Under the pieces are notes generated by a model, which was given only the letters and a program-made list of their open reading frames with translations, was not told the origin of the DNA and searched no databases. From an uncultured Bdellovibrionales bacterium (lineage in GTDB: Bacteria > Patescibacteriota > Minisyncoccia > Moranbacterales > UBA1568), in the NCBI GenBank assembly GCA_964543815.1, contig CAZIZG010000004.1, forward strand, positions 5,438-69,437: a stretch of DNA of 64,000 bases, in the 5' to 3' direction. The number at the start of each line of letters is the position of its first letter. Within the stretch, counting starts at the first letter, position 1. Made by a program: the position numbers and the translations under genes. Of this stretch, positions 36,863 through 47,554 are shown piece by piece.

Positions 36863-39748
36863 CTAGTCATTCCGACGCCGAAAACTGCCCGGTAGAGTTG
36901 CCTGCTCTGGCAACAAGACAAAAAGAATATTAGCTGTAAACAGAATGAGGATAACGGCCAATACTATCCGGAAAGAAAACATAACAGAAGCGGGGATATA
37001 GGAGGCGATAGCAGCCAGGTATTTCTTCATTCCTGGCAGTGTTCCTTGGGCAAATCCAGATTCTTTCAACTCTACTTGGATAGTGGCTGAAAAGTGAATT
37101 TCCGGAGAATCCAACTGGGAAATACTCCATATGTCACTGAGGGCTTTCCGGGTCTCTTGTGGTTGCGATACCGACGCCTGGAGGGCAATATTATAGACAT
37201 CCGGAGCTGTCTTGAGTGCTGAAAAAGAAATAGCTCCGCCGGGAACGCTTCCTGATTCAGCTACGATAGAGCCATCAACTGTCCATTGTCGTACTGATGC
37301 GTCTTTAAGGAAATCAGGCATGAACGCGCTCTGAAAAGAAAAGGTTTCACCGGAATACCCTTGAAAAACGGTATCGCTATATTCTGGACATACTCCCTGT
37401 GGACAATTCGTTGGATCAGCTCCACCGATATCCTTATATTGTCCCAGAAGCTTAGCCCACGCATTAGCATCACGTGACTTTATTGAAAGCTCTGGCTTCA
37501 CCACATGAAAACTCCGGGACAGCGTAACAATCTTATCTGACTTTGTAGCCGACGATAAATCATTCGCCGTAAGCGTCACTGTATAGGTATCTCCCACATC
37601 CCCGGTCACCGGAAAGAAATTGACTCCGTTTGGCTTATCATCCTCACAGTCAGGCGAAACAGCGGCCTTAGTACAAGTAAGTGGCTTTCCATTTATCGTC
37701 CACTTGAAATCACTCAGTCCCGTCGGATCAACAGAAAGACCAATAATCTCATTCTTAATCACCCGACAAGAAGACTTATCGAGATTATTCGGATCAGTTG
37801 GATCAGTAGCGTTACCCTGACAAATCTTCCCCGTTGGCGACTTATCATAAATAACCCGCATGAGGGATCCTACCGGTACTGCCTGTACTTTATAAGCAGT
37901 AATCTTCTGTTTGGTAGAAGTAAATTTCACAATGACATCACTCTTCCCTTTACGGACAACTCCCGAAGAAAAGCTCTCAGTAGCCGAGGCTGTAAATTTC
38001 ATGTACCCTACTCCTCCTGTGAGATAGCTCGAAAGCTGCTTACCGCCAAAGGTTTTAGTCGGATCGTTTGGCATATCCAGCTTTACTCGCAGTGTATCAA
38101 GCGCAATCCCCTTCGTTCCACCCACCAGATTTTTTGATTTCAAATCGCTCGTAACGCTCTTGGCGATAAGCGACCCACCGTCATCAATAAATTGAGGATT
38201 ATTACTGAGTTTCACATCCCAATCAAACAGGATATCACTCAAGCTACGTGAGGCATTAGAGAGACTGGCTTGAGCGGCGATAGTATCACCTGATTCATCC
38301 GTTGATTCATCGTTATTCGGATTATCAGGCGTAGCCGAAACACTCACATCCAAATTTGTTGCCTGCCCACCCTGAGTCGGATCAACCAGATTACGCTCGA
38401 TACATTTATTAAGATCCATCTGAGCAGTCAGGATATTCACATCATATCCCTTGATCTTTTTCGTTACGGCACCAGTGCTCTTAGCGAGCGAAATTGGACA
38501 GTCATTTTTAGAAAACGCCCACATAATCATCGACGATGAATCATCATACTTGGTATTAATCATGGAGGTTCCCTCAATAACCACTCCCACCTGATCGCCA
38601 ACGCCGTAGTTCCAGGTCAGATTATTCTGTCCCAATCCGACGACATTGGCTTCATCTTTATTGCCATTATCAGCCGTGTCAGGATCCTTGGGATTCGTAC
38701 CCCACTTTTCTTCTTCACCCTGATTAAAAGTTCCGTCACCCGTTGTAAATCCGGATGCATTCGGAAAAAGATGCCGACACGCCAGCGTCTGAGTGGAAGC
38801 CCCAGAGCACACGGTCAGTGCTGTACCACACGTGGTATTACTGGTTGGATCTGCCAAGCAACGCGGCTCTCCAACGTAACATTTTGGACCAGTGGAAGAA
38901 CACGTAGGAAGACCAGACACACGACAAACCGTTGAGTTTACAAAATCAAAAGGAGCGGTTGAAGTGGTAGTGCTGGTTTCAGTAGAATCACCAGTTACCG
39001 GATCAGTATTACCTGTAGTAGTGGTGGTGCTCGTCTGATCGTTTGGATCAATCGTCACGTCACCTTCAAGACATACCGGTTCAGTTCCAGAAGGACAAGT
39101 AAAATCTGTGGTATCAGCACTCCCGTCAAGCAACTCATAGTTCTTCCCAGACGCGGGATCGTTGACGTAGCAATGATCCGGAGCGCCTGTTTTATTATCA
39201 CCACCAAAACGCGCTTTATATCCGTCATCATCCGCATCTGTCGCATACGAGACCCCTGTTTTATCAAAACCGTTTTGAGCCAAAATCGTCATGGCCTCAA
39301 TTTTCCAATCTTCAATGGTAATTTTTGAATCATTATCTCGGTCACACAAAGATCGTACTGTAGCACTCGGAGAACTACTCAATCCACACTGGGCATGCTT
39401 GATATACCAGGTGTAGTACAATTGGTTTTCCTTATTGGAAAAATACATAGGAAAAGCTTTGGCTGAAAGTTTTTCCCCAGGCTTTGGATCACTGGGACTA
39501 AAAAAAAGTGTCACCTGAGGTGTTGGCCGCTTGTTATCAGCCACATTGAGACTTTCCCCCTGATTCTGAATACTCCCTGTATCCATATGGTAACGTTTTT
39601 CCATATCAGAAAACATCGACGTGGCCGAAGGAAGCTTAGGGCCACTAAACAGACCAGCACTGACTGGGAGGATATTTCCGACAAAAAGCTGTGTTATTAA
39701 CACGACACTTGAGAAACGAACTATATTTTTTCGAAAAGAAACACTCAT
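36863..39748 (-). CDS. Large Cys-rich exported protein with C-terminal TM, last gene of the T4SS-like cluster
   Basis: Signal peptide, Thr-rich linker, EE..GTNP..PDT.D.G Ca-binding-like motif, Ig-like strands. Confidence 0.8.
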   Translation of the reverse strand: MSVSFRKNIVRFSSVVLITQLFVGNILPVSAGLFSGPKLPSATSMFSDMEKRYHMDTGSIQNQGESLNVADNKRPTPQVTLFFSPSDPKPGEKLSAKAFPMYFSNKENQLYYTWYIKHAQCGLSSSPSATVRSLCDRDNDSKITIEDWKIEAMTILAQNGFDKTGVSYATDADDDGYKARFGGDNKTGAPDHCYVNDPASGKNYELLDGSADTTDFTCPSGTEPVCLEGDVTIDPNDQTSTTTTTGNTDPVTGDSTETSTTTSTAPFDFVNSTVCRVSGLPTCSSTGPKCYVGEPRCLADPTSNTTCGTALTVCSGASTQTLACRHLFPNASGFTTGDGTFNQGEEEKWGTNPKDPDTADNGNKDEANVVGLGQNNLTWNYGVGDQVGVVIEGTSMINTKYDDSSSMIMWAFSKNDCPISLAKSTGAVTKKIKGYDVNILTAQMDLNKCIERNLVDPTQGGQATNLDVSVSATPDNPNNDESTDESGDTIAAQASLSNASRSLSDILFDWDVKLSNNPQFIDDGGSLIAKSVTSDLKSKNLVGGTKGIALDTLRVKLDMPNDPTKTFGGKQLSSYLTGGVGYMKFTASATESFSSGVVRKGKSDVIVKFTSTKQKITAYKVQAVPVGSLMRVIYDKSPTGKICQGNATDPTDPNNLDKSSCRVIKNEIIGLSVDPTGLSDFKWTINGKPLTCTKAAVSPDCEDDKPNGVNFFPVTGDVGDTYTVTLTANDLSSATKSDKIVTLSRSFHVVKPELSIKSRDANAWAKLLGQYKDIGGADPTNCPQGVCPEYSDTVFQGYSGETFSFQSAFMPDFLKDASVRQWTVDGSIVAESGSVPGGAISFSALKTAPDVYNIALQASVSQPQETRKALSDIWSISQLDSPEIHFSATIQVELKESGFAQGTLPGMKKYLAAIASYIPASVMFSFRIVLAVILILFTANILFVLLPEQATLPGSFRRRND

Positions 39749-39758
39749 ACAAATAAAA

Positions 39759-40412
39759 TCAATGTAATACGAGACGAAACATATCTATAAGAAAGTAAAA
39801 AAACCAACTCGCCCCCCAAGCGTACCACAACGATCCCGAATAATACACTATGAGACCCGAAAAAAGAGAGAATATGAGAGCGGGCACTCGCTGCCAAGAG
39901 AGATCATCAGCCAAAAAGAGAAGTCCAACGAAAAGGAATGCCTGAATAAAAACAGCAACCAATCCAAAGGAACTTAGCCACAGACGCTGCACGAGTCCTC
40001 GAAAAAAGACTTCATACAACAAAGCCATAAAAGGAACAAGGAGCGCTTCATACAAGAGAAACCACAAAAAATTTGACTGGATGGTATACGAAAGCGTATA
40101 GCCGGTACCAAAACTCGTGTATCGGTCCAGTGCAAAAATGATAGCCAGCGCTACTGATACCGAGATGATACTAAAAAACATGCCAGGAAATATCCTTCCC
40201 GTTTGCCAGCCAATATTTTTTAAAGGTTCCTTCAGTATTATTTTACAATATAACATTGGAACTACCAAGAAGAAGGTAAGACTCACCAAAAAAGTCTGAA
40301 ACACCGGATTCACCTTATCACTTTGACTAAAAAGACCAAGGAAGAGAACCGTAAATACTACCAAGAGTCCGGTAATAAGAAAACGTTTATCAAGCGATAT
40401 TCTCTCATTCAT
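39759..40412 (-). CDS. CPBP (Abi/CAAX) family intramembrane protease-like protein with degenerate motifs
   Basis: PLKNIG, YEVFFRG, Y.SGSLW in a multi-TM protein. Confidence 0.7.
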   Translation of the reverse strand: MNERISLDKRFLITGLLVVFTVLFLGLFSQSDKVNPVFQTFLVSLTFFLVVPMLYCKIILKEPLKNIGWQTGRIFPGMFFSIISVSVALAIIFALDRYTSFGTGYTLSYTIQSNFLWFLLYEALLVPFMALLYEVFFRGLVQRLWLSSFGLVAVFIQAFLFVGLLFLADDLSWQRVPALIFSLFSGLIVYYSGSLWYAWGASWFFYFLIDMFRLVLH

Positions 40413-40416
40413 AGTT

Positions 40417-40980
40417 TTAGGCTACTTTCTCTGCGGGTGTATTAGAGTATTGAGCATCATTAACAGCTTCTGCTGCCTCCTCAGCCATCATAGCCTGCTG
40501 TGCCATCTGAGCCTGAAAACGATAGGCTTCGGCCTGCCGATTGGCATTATCTTTCTTTTGCTCTTCCCAGAGACGCTTCTGTTCTTTCTTTGCCGCTGAC
40601 TTCGCCATAACATAGAGCGCAATAACAGTCAGGGTTTCTATTGGGAGAAAATTCAGACCAAATCCAATAGCTTCCAAAAGAGAAAGAAAGAGGAGCACCA
40701 GGCTGCGAGCAATCTGATTATTCTGCTTCCCTCCAGATTTATCAAACATCGTCATGAGAATCCAGATAAGAAAACTGAAGCACAGCGTTATGACCGTTCC
40801 TATTCCTGGTAACGAACCCACTCCTACCAAATCAAGTAGATCTTTAAGGAGCGCAACTAATGCCAGCCCTAAATACAGCATAAAAGAAGGCTTCACAGCG
40901 GTAAAGCTTGCTGTTTTGCCACTGGTTGCCTTGTTGTAGGCACTCACGAGCATTCGTGCCTGTGGTGGGAGTACCGCCAT
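40417..40980 (-). CDS. Hypothetical membrane protein in T4SS-like cluster
   Basis: KDLLD...E...LNFLP.ET pattern in TM segments; charged tail. Confidence 0.7.
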   Translation of the reverse strand: MAVLPPQARMLVSAYNKATSGKTASFTAVKPSFMLYLGLALVALLKDLLDLVGVGSLPGIGTVITLCFSFLIWILMTMFDKSGGKQNNQIARSLVLLFLSLLEAIGFGLNFLPIETLTVIALYVMAKSAAKKEQKRLWEEQKKDNANRQAEAYRFQAQMAQQAMMAEEAAEAVNDAQYSNTPAEKVA

Positions 40981-40997
40981 ACCAATACCCTACTAGT

Positions 40998-43187
40998 TTA
41001 GTTGCCCGAATCAAAATCTTTCTTTGCTTCTTCAATTTCCAATAACTGACGTGGATCCGAGGTAATAATCTGATCTTCACTATAGGAAGCAATGACTTTG
41101 ATAGCGGCATGCTTTGTCCCGGCAAAGAAAATCCCTTCACCGACATTGCTTTCCAAAAGAAGAAACTTCTCATGATCGGTCAGAAAAAATGTCTCCGCTA
41201 CCAAATCGATAGACGAGGGCGATTGACGAAGAAGCAATTGAAGCGACGAGTTGGTAATAATTGGCTTCCCATAGCGTGAAGACATAAAATCCCCAATATC
41301 CTGAGTAATAGTCGTCAGCCCAGTAAAGTACTTACGGCAGCGTTTAGCAATACCAAAAAGGAAAGCGGCAGCGTCTTCATGTTGCATCATTACCCAGGCC
41401 TCATCCACCACAATCACCCGTTTCTTCATATGGGTACGAATCTCATTCCAAATGAACTGAAGAATAATGTACATAGCGATTGGGCGCAATTCTTCTTCCA
41501 GATCACGAATGTTAAATACTACTAACTGATTCTCCATCTCAATGTTGGTTTGTTTATCAAGAAATCCCCCAAAAATACCCTCCGTGTAACGTTCCAGGCG
41601 AGCTGAGAGCGATTCCGCACCATCCATATTCTGTAAAACAGCGTACAAATCTGACATGGTCGGAAAAGAAGTACTCGTCAATTGAGAAAAATCACTAACA
41701 CCCGTAATATCCCGAATAGCATACGTTTCACGTATAGCCCGATCCAATATAGAATCTTCTTCCGGAGTAACTGATCCGAGCATGAGATGAAGCAAACCAA
41801 TCAGGTTGGCAATGGTGTTACGAAACAATCCTTCTGTATCCTCATCTTCCACTTGTTTAGGCAAATCAAAAGGATTCAAATGTACATTAGAATTGAGTGA
41901 CACCTTGAGAAAGGTGCCGCCGACGGCCTCACAGAGGTGTTTATATTCATTTTCAGGATCGAGAATGATAACACTCGAATTAAACATCATGGCCCGCAGG
42001 ACCTCAAGTTTGACGGTATAACTCTTACCAGCACCAGACTTAGCAAACACTACCATGTTGGCATTCTCCATTTTGAATCGATCAAAAAGAATCAAGCTGT
42101 TATTGTGCCGATTGATGCCGTAGAGCACCCCTTGATTAGATGACAGATCAGAAGAAACAAACGGGAAAGTGGTCGACAACGGCTCAGTGTTCAAGTTATT
42201 CCCGACGTCAAGCACGTCCATAGCAAGCGGCCGAGTCGCTGCAAATCCCTGATCCATCCGAAGGATAGCAGCTTTTGTATACACAAGCTGCGCTTCAAGA
42301 ATAGATTCAATTGACCGACACTTATCATTCAAATCGGCATCATCTTTGCCATATACCGTCATGTAAAGACCAGCCCGGAAAAATTTTTCCGTTCCTTGCT
42401 GCAGTTTGTCCCGCAAACTTTCAATGTCAGTAAGAGCAGTTTCAAGCATGGGATCGCGGATTTTACCGTCCTCTGTTTCAATATGGATTTGTGACTGTAC
42501 CTGCGTCGCCGACTTACGTAAATTCTTCATTATCTCCGCCGTATCAATCGGATGGATAAAAAGGGCAATATCCATGCTGAAATCAATGTTGATAATCGGC
42601 GAAAACCAGTTCGTCGAGAGATACCGGGGATACGCAACCACAAAATAGGTCCGAGCCAGTACCCCGCCAATACGCATACTATTGGAATTGACCTGAATAG
42701 CCGGAGGAGCAATAAGATCACGCAGGGTGGCGATGCCCTGACGATACAGAGCTTCAGCCTCCTTGGTATTTTCGTTCCGACCAGAAAGAGTCAGGCCGGC
42801 TGATGACTGTGGCACAGCCTGCGGTGGCATTAGCACGGATACCTCAGACACGATTGGCTCCGACGTAACATCTACTACTGGCTCTTCCGTTACTATTGGT
42901 TTCGGAATCACGGGCTCATCCGCTCCACTCCGGAAAGTCTCCTCTTGATGAGCTGGAAGCGAAGTTTCATCTTTTTCCCCCTCCTCCTTGGACACTGGTG
43001 CCATCGAAACCGTTTCCGCTCCAAAGGTAATAGGTGGCTGAGTTATCTCTTCCTTCTTCTCTGCTTCTAAAACAACCACGGGCTGTTCTTCCTTGATTTC
43101 TTCAGGGGGAAGTGGCGTAGAGATAATGACCGGTGACTGCCCATTCAGGAGTGGTCCTTTGTTGTCTCGAAATACGATGCGATCCAT
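40998..43187 (-). CDS. VirB4/TraC-like ATPase with low-complexity N-terminal extension
   Basis: FAKSGAGKS Walker A, ILDPENEY, VDEAW, RCRKY..LTTITQD. Confidence 0.92.
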   Translation of the reverse strand: MDRIVFRDNKGPLLNGQSPVIISTPLPPEEIKEEQPVVVLEAEKKEEITQPPITFGAETVSMAPVSKEEGEKDETSLPAHQEETFRSGADEPVIPKPIVTEEPVVDVTSEPIVSEVSVLMPPQAVPQSSAGLTLSGRNENTKEAEALYRQGIATLRDLIAPPAIQVNSNSMRIGGVLARTYFVVAYPRYLSTNWFSPIINIDFSMDIALFIHPIDTAEIMKNLRKSATQVQSQIHIETEDGKIRDPMLETALTDIESLRDKLQQGTEKFFRAGLYMTVYGKDDADLNDKCRSIESILEAQLVYTKAAILRMDQGFAATRPLAMDVLDVGNNLNTEPLSTTFPFVSSDLSSNQGVLYGINRHNNSLILFDRFKMENANMVVFAKSGAGKSYTVKLEVLRAMMFNSSVIILDPENEYKHLCEAVGGTFLKVSLNSNVHLNPFDLPKQVEDEDTEGLFRNTIANLIGLLHLMLGSVTPEEDSILDRAIRETYAIRDITGVSDFSQLTSTSFPTMSDLYAVLQNMDGAESLSARLERYTEGIFGGFLDKQTNIEMENQLVVFNIRDLEEELRPIAMYIILQFIWNEIRTHMKKRVIVVDEAWVMMQHEDAAAFLFGIAKRCRKYFTGLTTITQDIGDFMSSRYGKPIITNSSLQLLLRQSPSSIDLVAETFFLTDHEKFLLLESNVGEGIFFAGTKHAAIKVIASYSEDQIITSDPRQLLEIEEAKKDFDSGN

Positions 43188-43197
43188 GATGCTGTAA

Positions 43198-43878
43198 TTA
43201 GGCGAGTTCTATTTTGCTCACGTCTTTCATTACCGTCGAGGTAAAGAGCGACGGGTTGTAGCTATTATAAAGCAATTCGATAATTTCCTCTGTATTAAGT
43301 TGGGTCACCTTGACTCCAGCTCCCGACATAGCTGCCGCAATATGATCCACCCGTTGGAGTAATTGGCTTTTGTAAGTTTCAAATAACCCACTCTTCATGG
43401 AACTCGCTTGTTTAGGACGGAATATACCGAGTAGCTTATCGAGTAGTCCACTCGCTTGATCTTCCACGGGTGAAAATGGCACTACAATATAAAAATACTT
43501 CGACATGATATTGGAAACCTCACTCAAATTCTTGATGAAATTCTTGTACTCACTAATCTGAAACCGGAGAAGTTCATTCATCTGCTGCTTTTCTTCCTCT
43601 GCGAGCAACTCGACGTAAGGACCGATATTGAAACGCCTTGATTGAATGACAATTTGAACTGGAAAATCAAGCGAATTAAGAAAAGCTTGATACTGAGCAA
43701 TAATAGCATCCTGCTCCTGACTTGATTTGAGGTCGAAATTAATAGAGGAAACCAAAAGTACAGCCCGGAGCGCTCCACTTTTAAGCACCATCACGCCGTC
43801 ACGCATCTCCTCCACATCAACATACTTTTGGGTACTTGATGCACTCACTCCCGGCTTTTTAGCTTTCAATAATTCCAT
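43198..43878 (-). CDS. TraC/VirB4 N-terminal-like accessory protein
   Basis: SINFDLKS..EQ.AII..YQ.FLNSLDFPVQI; lies between PrgI and VirB4. Confidence 0.75.
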   Translation of the reverse strand: MELLKAKKPGVSASSTQKYVDVEEMRDGVMVLKSGALRAVLLVSSINFDLKSSQEQDAIIAQYQAFLNSLDFPVQIVIQSRRFNIGPYVELLAEEEKQQMNELLRFQISEYKNFIKNLSEVSNIMSKYFYIVVPFSPVEDQASGLLDKLLGIFRPKQASSMKSGLFETYKSQLLQRVDHIAAAMSGAGVKVTQLNTEEIIELLYNSYNPSLFTSTVMKDVSKIELA

Positions 43879-43910
43879 AGATTCACGCTACTGAAGTTAC
43901 CACCTTCCTT

Positions 43911-44309
43911 CTAACGTTGATCAATTAACCGGGCTAATTCTGCCAACTTCTCACGCGTCAACTCCTTTTCCATTGGCGCTTGGACTTGGGTCTTTTGATT
44001 CGTTGGTGCTTTAACCGTAGGAAGAACCGCAACCGGACGTTCCCAAACCGCTACCTTGGGACGGAAAACGAACAACGTTGCACTTCCGAGAAAAGTAGTC
44101 ATCGGGAGACCACTCGGCTGGTAGAAAGCCATCGCGCAGAAAATAAGCACAACTGGAATAGCGATAATAATCGAAAGCGATGTATCAAAAATACTAAATA
44201 CGACAAGTAGTACACCAGCCATACCAATCATCCAGAGGAGTTGTTTCCAGGTTAGAGGACCGACAATTTTGTCCTCAACATCAATAAATTGTGGGACGGA
44301 AAACATCAT
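43911..44309 (-). CDS. PrgI-family (VirB3-like) protein
   Basis: VPQFIDVEDKIVGPLTWKQ followed by two TM segments. Confidence 0.88.
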   Translation of the reverse strand: MMFSVPQFIDVEDKIVGPLTWKQLLWMIGMAGVLLVVFSIFDTSLSIIIAIPVVLIFCAMAFYQPSGLPMTTFLGSATLFVFRPKVAVWERPVAVLPTVKAPTNQKTQVQAPMEKELTREKLAELARLIDQR

Positions 44310-44312
44310 ACA

Positions 44313-45341
44313 CTATTCTTTACCGAGACTGACTGGACGAATACGAAAAGGATTAGCCTTAGGAGCAGCAGCTGGGACCGAAGTTGGCATTTGAGGCTTT
44401 GGAGTTACTGGAGCAACCGGAACGTTCCCTAGAGCTGGATTTTTCTCGGCTGGAAAAACATGTTTCGAGGTAAACGAAAGGGCACCTCCTGATTTTTCGC
44501 CGCCCGCCATCCCACCCTTCCCAAAATTAAAAGCTGCGTTAGAAAGCGACTGAGAAGCTGCCGCAGACTGTAGCTGTGACCCTTCACGAGGCATTTCAAA
44601 ACGAGGAAAGATAATCTCACTTCGTTCCGTGTCTATATCAAGCGGATAATTCTCTTCAATCGACTTCAGGACCAGATTGACTCGCTCACGCTCTTCGGAT
44701 GAAAGACGTTTGCCATTTTCCGATCGAAACAAAAAGTTTCCCCGCTGCACGCTGTCATGATGACCAATACCAAGTTCGTCTCGGTAGTACTTAATCCAGT
44801 ACAGGAGTGATGGGCGCACCGGCTCGGACTGTGACTTTACCGAGATACGTTCCTGAGTAATTTGTTGACTACCCAATTGTTCATACTTAGAAAGAGCTTG
44901 GAGTAGTGGCAATTTGACCAGTACTGGCGCTTTCTGTGGTTCGACCGGAACCTCCTCTACTTTTGGTTTTGGTTTAATAGTCAAAATTTCATTTTGGATA
45001 AATTGCACAATTTCTTTGGCCTTATTGTCATTATCATTGTTTGTAGCAAGCGATTTTTTTAAGCTCACTTCAGCATCAGAAACGGAAATTTCGCCAAAAA
45101 ATATTTTTCGAATATGAAGACTCACCGCTCCAACAACTGGTTCAGATAATCCAAATTTTTTTTGTAGTTCGAAAATCTTTAAAGGAATCTGTTCATCCGT
45201 AATAGTGTCCTGAAGCTTTTGTGAAGTAGTGTAAAATTTTTTCCAAACATCTTGATTTTCTTCATGCGACATAGGCCTGTTCTCACCAGTAGAGGGAACA
45301 AGCATAGGAAAATAAACAATTTTTTTTATCTGAGAATCCAT
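44313..45341 (-). CDS. Hypothetical cytoplasmic protein in T4SS-like cluster
   Basis: 342-aa ORF tightly packed in the operon. Confidence 0.75.
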   Translation of the reverse strand: MDSQIKKIVYFPMLVPSTGENRPMSHEENQDVWKKFYTTSQKLQDTITDEQIPLKIFELQKKFGLSEPVVGAVSLHIRKIFFGEISVSDAEVSLKKSLATNNDNDNKAKEIVQFIQNEILTIKPKPKVEEVPVEPQKAPVLVKLPLLQALSKYEQLGSQQITQERISVKSQSEPVRPSLLYWIKYYRDELGIGHHDSVQRGNFLFRSENGKRLSSEERERVNLVLKSIEENYPLDIDTERSEIIFPRFEMPREGSQLQSAAASQSLSNAAFNFGKGGMAGGEKSGGALSFTSKHVFPAEKNPALGNVPVAPVTPKPQMPTSVPAAAPKANPFRIRPVSLGKE

Positions 45342-45349
45342 AATAACAG

Positions 45350-47452
45350 CTACAATACAGAAGCCACATTACCCTTCGCTTGTTTTTTAATCTCCTGATA
45401 CCTCTGAGGATTTGATTGTTGTAGATCCTGAACAACACTAATAGCAACCGGCGCATAAGGAGAACTCGTAAAGAGCGAAGATTGGTCAGCTATTTCGCCT
45501 ACCTTCATATTATTAAGTATGTTCTGAATTATAGCCTTTTCTTGTTGCTGACTCACTGGCCCAGCCGATCGAGCTTCGTTAATCTGATGATCAACAATGA
45601 GAGCAGCCCCTCCTTCTTTCTTTATCTTGTACTCAAGTGCCCCTCGAAGACTTGCATGCCGTGGATCATTCGGGTTCGACATAGCTGGGGTGCTCAGTAC
45701 TGACGCATAGTCAGCGGCCGAACCTGAAAAGGCAGAATCATCCAATTTGGAAATTAAATCGTTGATTGCCTTCTCATTATTACCGAGTGAACTAATTACT
45801 GATTGTAAGTTTTGCAAACCAGACTTAGCCGGCATGGTTCCAGTGGCTGGCGTAGCAGCGATAATCTTCTTATCAGCCTTGCTTATTATTTCCAGTGCCT
45901 TCTCATCATAAGTTGGGTCTGGAATAGTGCGTAGACCAGTAGCCGGATCAACCTTCTTCAAGGCATCAAGGGCCCTGGTCAAATCTTCCATGCTTTGAAT
46001 ACCATTGTCCATGTTTGCCAAGGAACCAGCACCCGAAATACGCATGATGTCATCTGTCGATTTGAGCCGATCAAGCGCATCTGTTCGACTAATCTTATTC
46101 TCTTTATCCTTAGCCATCTGTTCATGAATTTGTTTATCTTTGAACTTCTGTAGCTCGGATTTCTGAGCTTTCTTAGCGCCCCCTACCATGCCGGTCGGAG
46201 TAGCAATTCCCTTTGCAGCACCTTTGCCCCAAGATTCGAAGGTACTTGGGCTGGCGAAAAATCGCCCAACTTTACTCGTTTCAAAACGTGACGTCGCTCC
46301 CTTACTAACACCACTCGCGAACTTCCTTCCAGGATACGTAAGTCCTGCGGCACTCTTTCTTCCAAACCACTTAATAAATTTTTGACCCTGACCAGTGACA
46401 GCACCGGCACCCATGATAGAAAAGGAGGTGGCCAATCCGATAGCCATCCACAGCATAACGATTGGAATCGTGAACATAGCCATGGAACTAATAAAGCCCG
46501 CTGTCTCTGGTGTGCCGTTTTGGATACCATACTTCAAGAATTGTGCCTGCGTATTATCTTTCGCAATCTCGGCAAAAAACTGGGTAGCAATATAAAGCAT
46601 GAGCATCGCCGCTGGCCCAAAGAGGCTGTATTGCCAGAGTTTTTCCCACCACATATTGCCATACTTTTCCATCCCGGGAATAACCGAGGCAGCAAACCCT
46701 ACTGAAGCAAAAATAAGGAGAATGATAAGGGCAGCCAAACGCACAACAAAAAGCACTGCGAGTACCAGAAGTGAAATGGAAAAAATAAAGAGAAAAACAA
46801 TAGCCATCAGTATTTGTGAAACACCAATTTGACTGAACTTAACCTCACTAATGCCCACATCGGAACCAGGTATAAGTATGCCCTGGATTCGTGAGGCACT
46901 TAGAACAGTACCTAAGTAGGAATCTTTACCAGAAACCGTACCAATTTGGTTCACAAAATAGTACATTGGAACATTGGTCATATCAATAATGACCCGAGTC
47001 AAAGGAAAGCTAAAGTTTACAAAAAGGGCTGCGAGCACAATAGAGAGGAGGGTTTTTTTGTAGTCCTTAGCTACCTGAAAAACGATGGTGAAGGCAGTGT
47101 AGAGCAACGTGAGAATGAAGAAGAGGTTGAAGAAATCCCGAATGAACTTCCACATGACATACACACTATTCCTATTGAGCAGTCCATCATTGCCGGAAAT
47201 GTAATTTGGATCAATAGCCCATCCAAAAAGCGTTACAGCAACAGATGCGAACCATCCAAACATGGTAAAAATACCATAGAGCAATCCTTTAAAAACATTA
47301 CTCACAGAATCGACTACTGCATCTGTCGCAAAGCCCCAAAAACCATCAGCATGAACTGCAGGTGGTGCAAGAAAAAAGATACTTGAAGAAAAAACAAACA
47401 GTGCCAAGACAAAAACTATCCCCTTTTGTTTTTTGTTTTTTGGAGAAAACAT
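45350..47452 (-). CDS. VirB6/TrbL-like polytopic membrane protein with long cytoplasmic tail
   Basis: WKFIRDFFN, AALFVNFS..LTR.IID..N, VVRLAAL..L.I...P....W pattern. Confidence 0.75.
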   Translation of the reverse strand: MFSPKNKKQKGIVFVLALFVFSSSIFFLAPPAVHADGFWGFATDAVVDSVSNVFKGLLYGIFTMFGWFASVAVTLFGWAIDPNYISGNDGLLNRNSVYVMWKFIRDFFNLFFILTLLYTAFTIVFQVAKDYKKTLLSIVLAALFVNFSFPLTRVIIDMTNVPMYYFVNQIGTVSGKDSYLGTVLSASRIQGILIPGSDVGISEVKFSQIGVSQILMAIVFLFIFSISLLVLAVLFVVRLAALIILLIFASVGFAASVIPGMEKYGNMWWEKLWQYSLFGPAAMLMLYIATQFFAEIAKDNTQAQFLKYGIQNGTPETAGFISSMAMFTIPIVMLWMAIGLATSFSIMGAGAVTGQGQKFIKWFGRKSAAGLTYPGRKFASGVSKGATSRFETSKVGRFFASPSTFESWGKGAAKGIATPTGMVGGAKKAQKSELQKFKDKQIHEQMAKDKENKISRTDALDRLKSTDDIMRISGAGSLANMDNGIQSMEDLTRALDALKKVDPATGLRTIPDPTYDEKALEIISKADKKIIAATPATGTMPAKSGLQNLQSVISSLGNNEKAINDLISKLDDSAFSGSAADYASVLSTPAMSNPNDPRHASLRGALEYKIKKEGGAALIVDHQINEARSAGPVSQQQEKAIIQNILNNMKVGEIADQSSLFTSSPYAPVAISVVQDLQQSNPQRYQEIKKQAKGNVASVL

Positions 47453-47554
47453 ACGTTACACGAGAGAGAAGCCCGTAATCAAAGACTCAATCATGAACGA
47501 AAAAAATCTGTTTCGTTCGCGCGTATTATACCACAAGAAATCGGAAATATAAAA

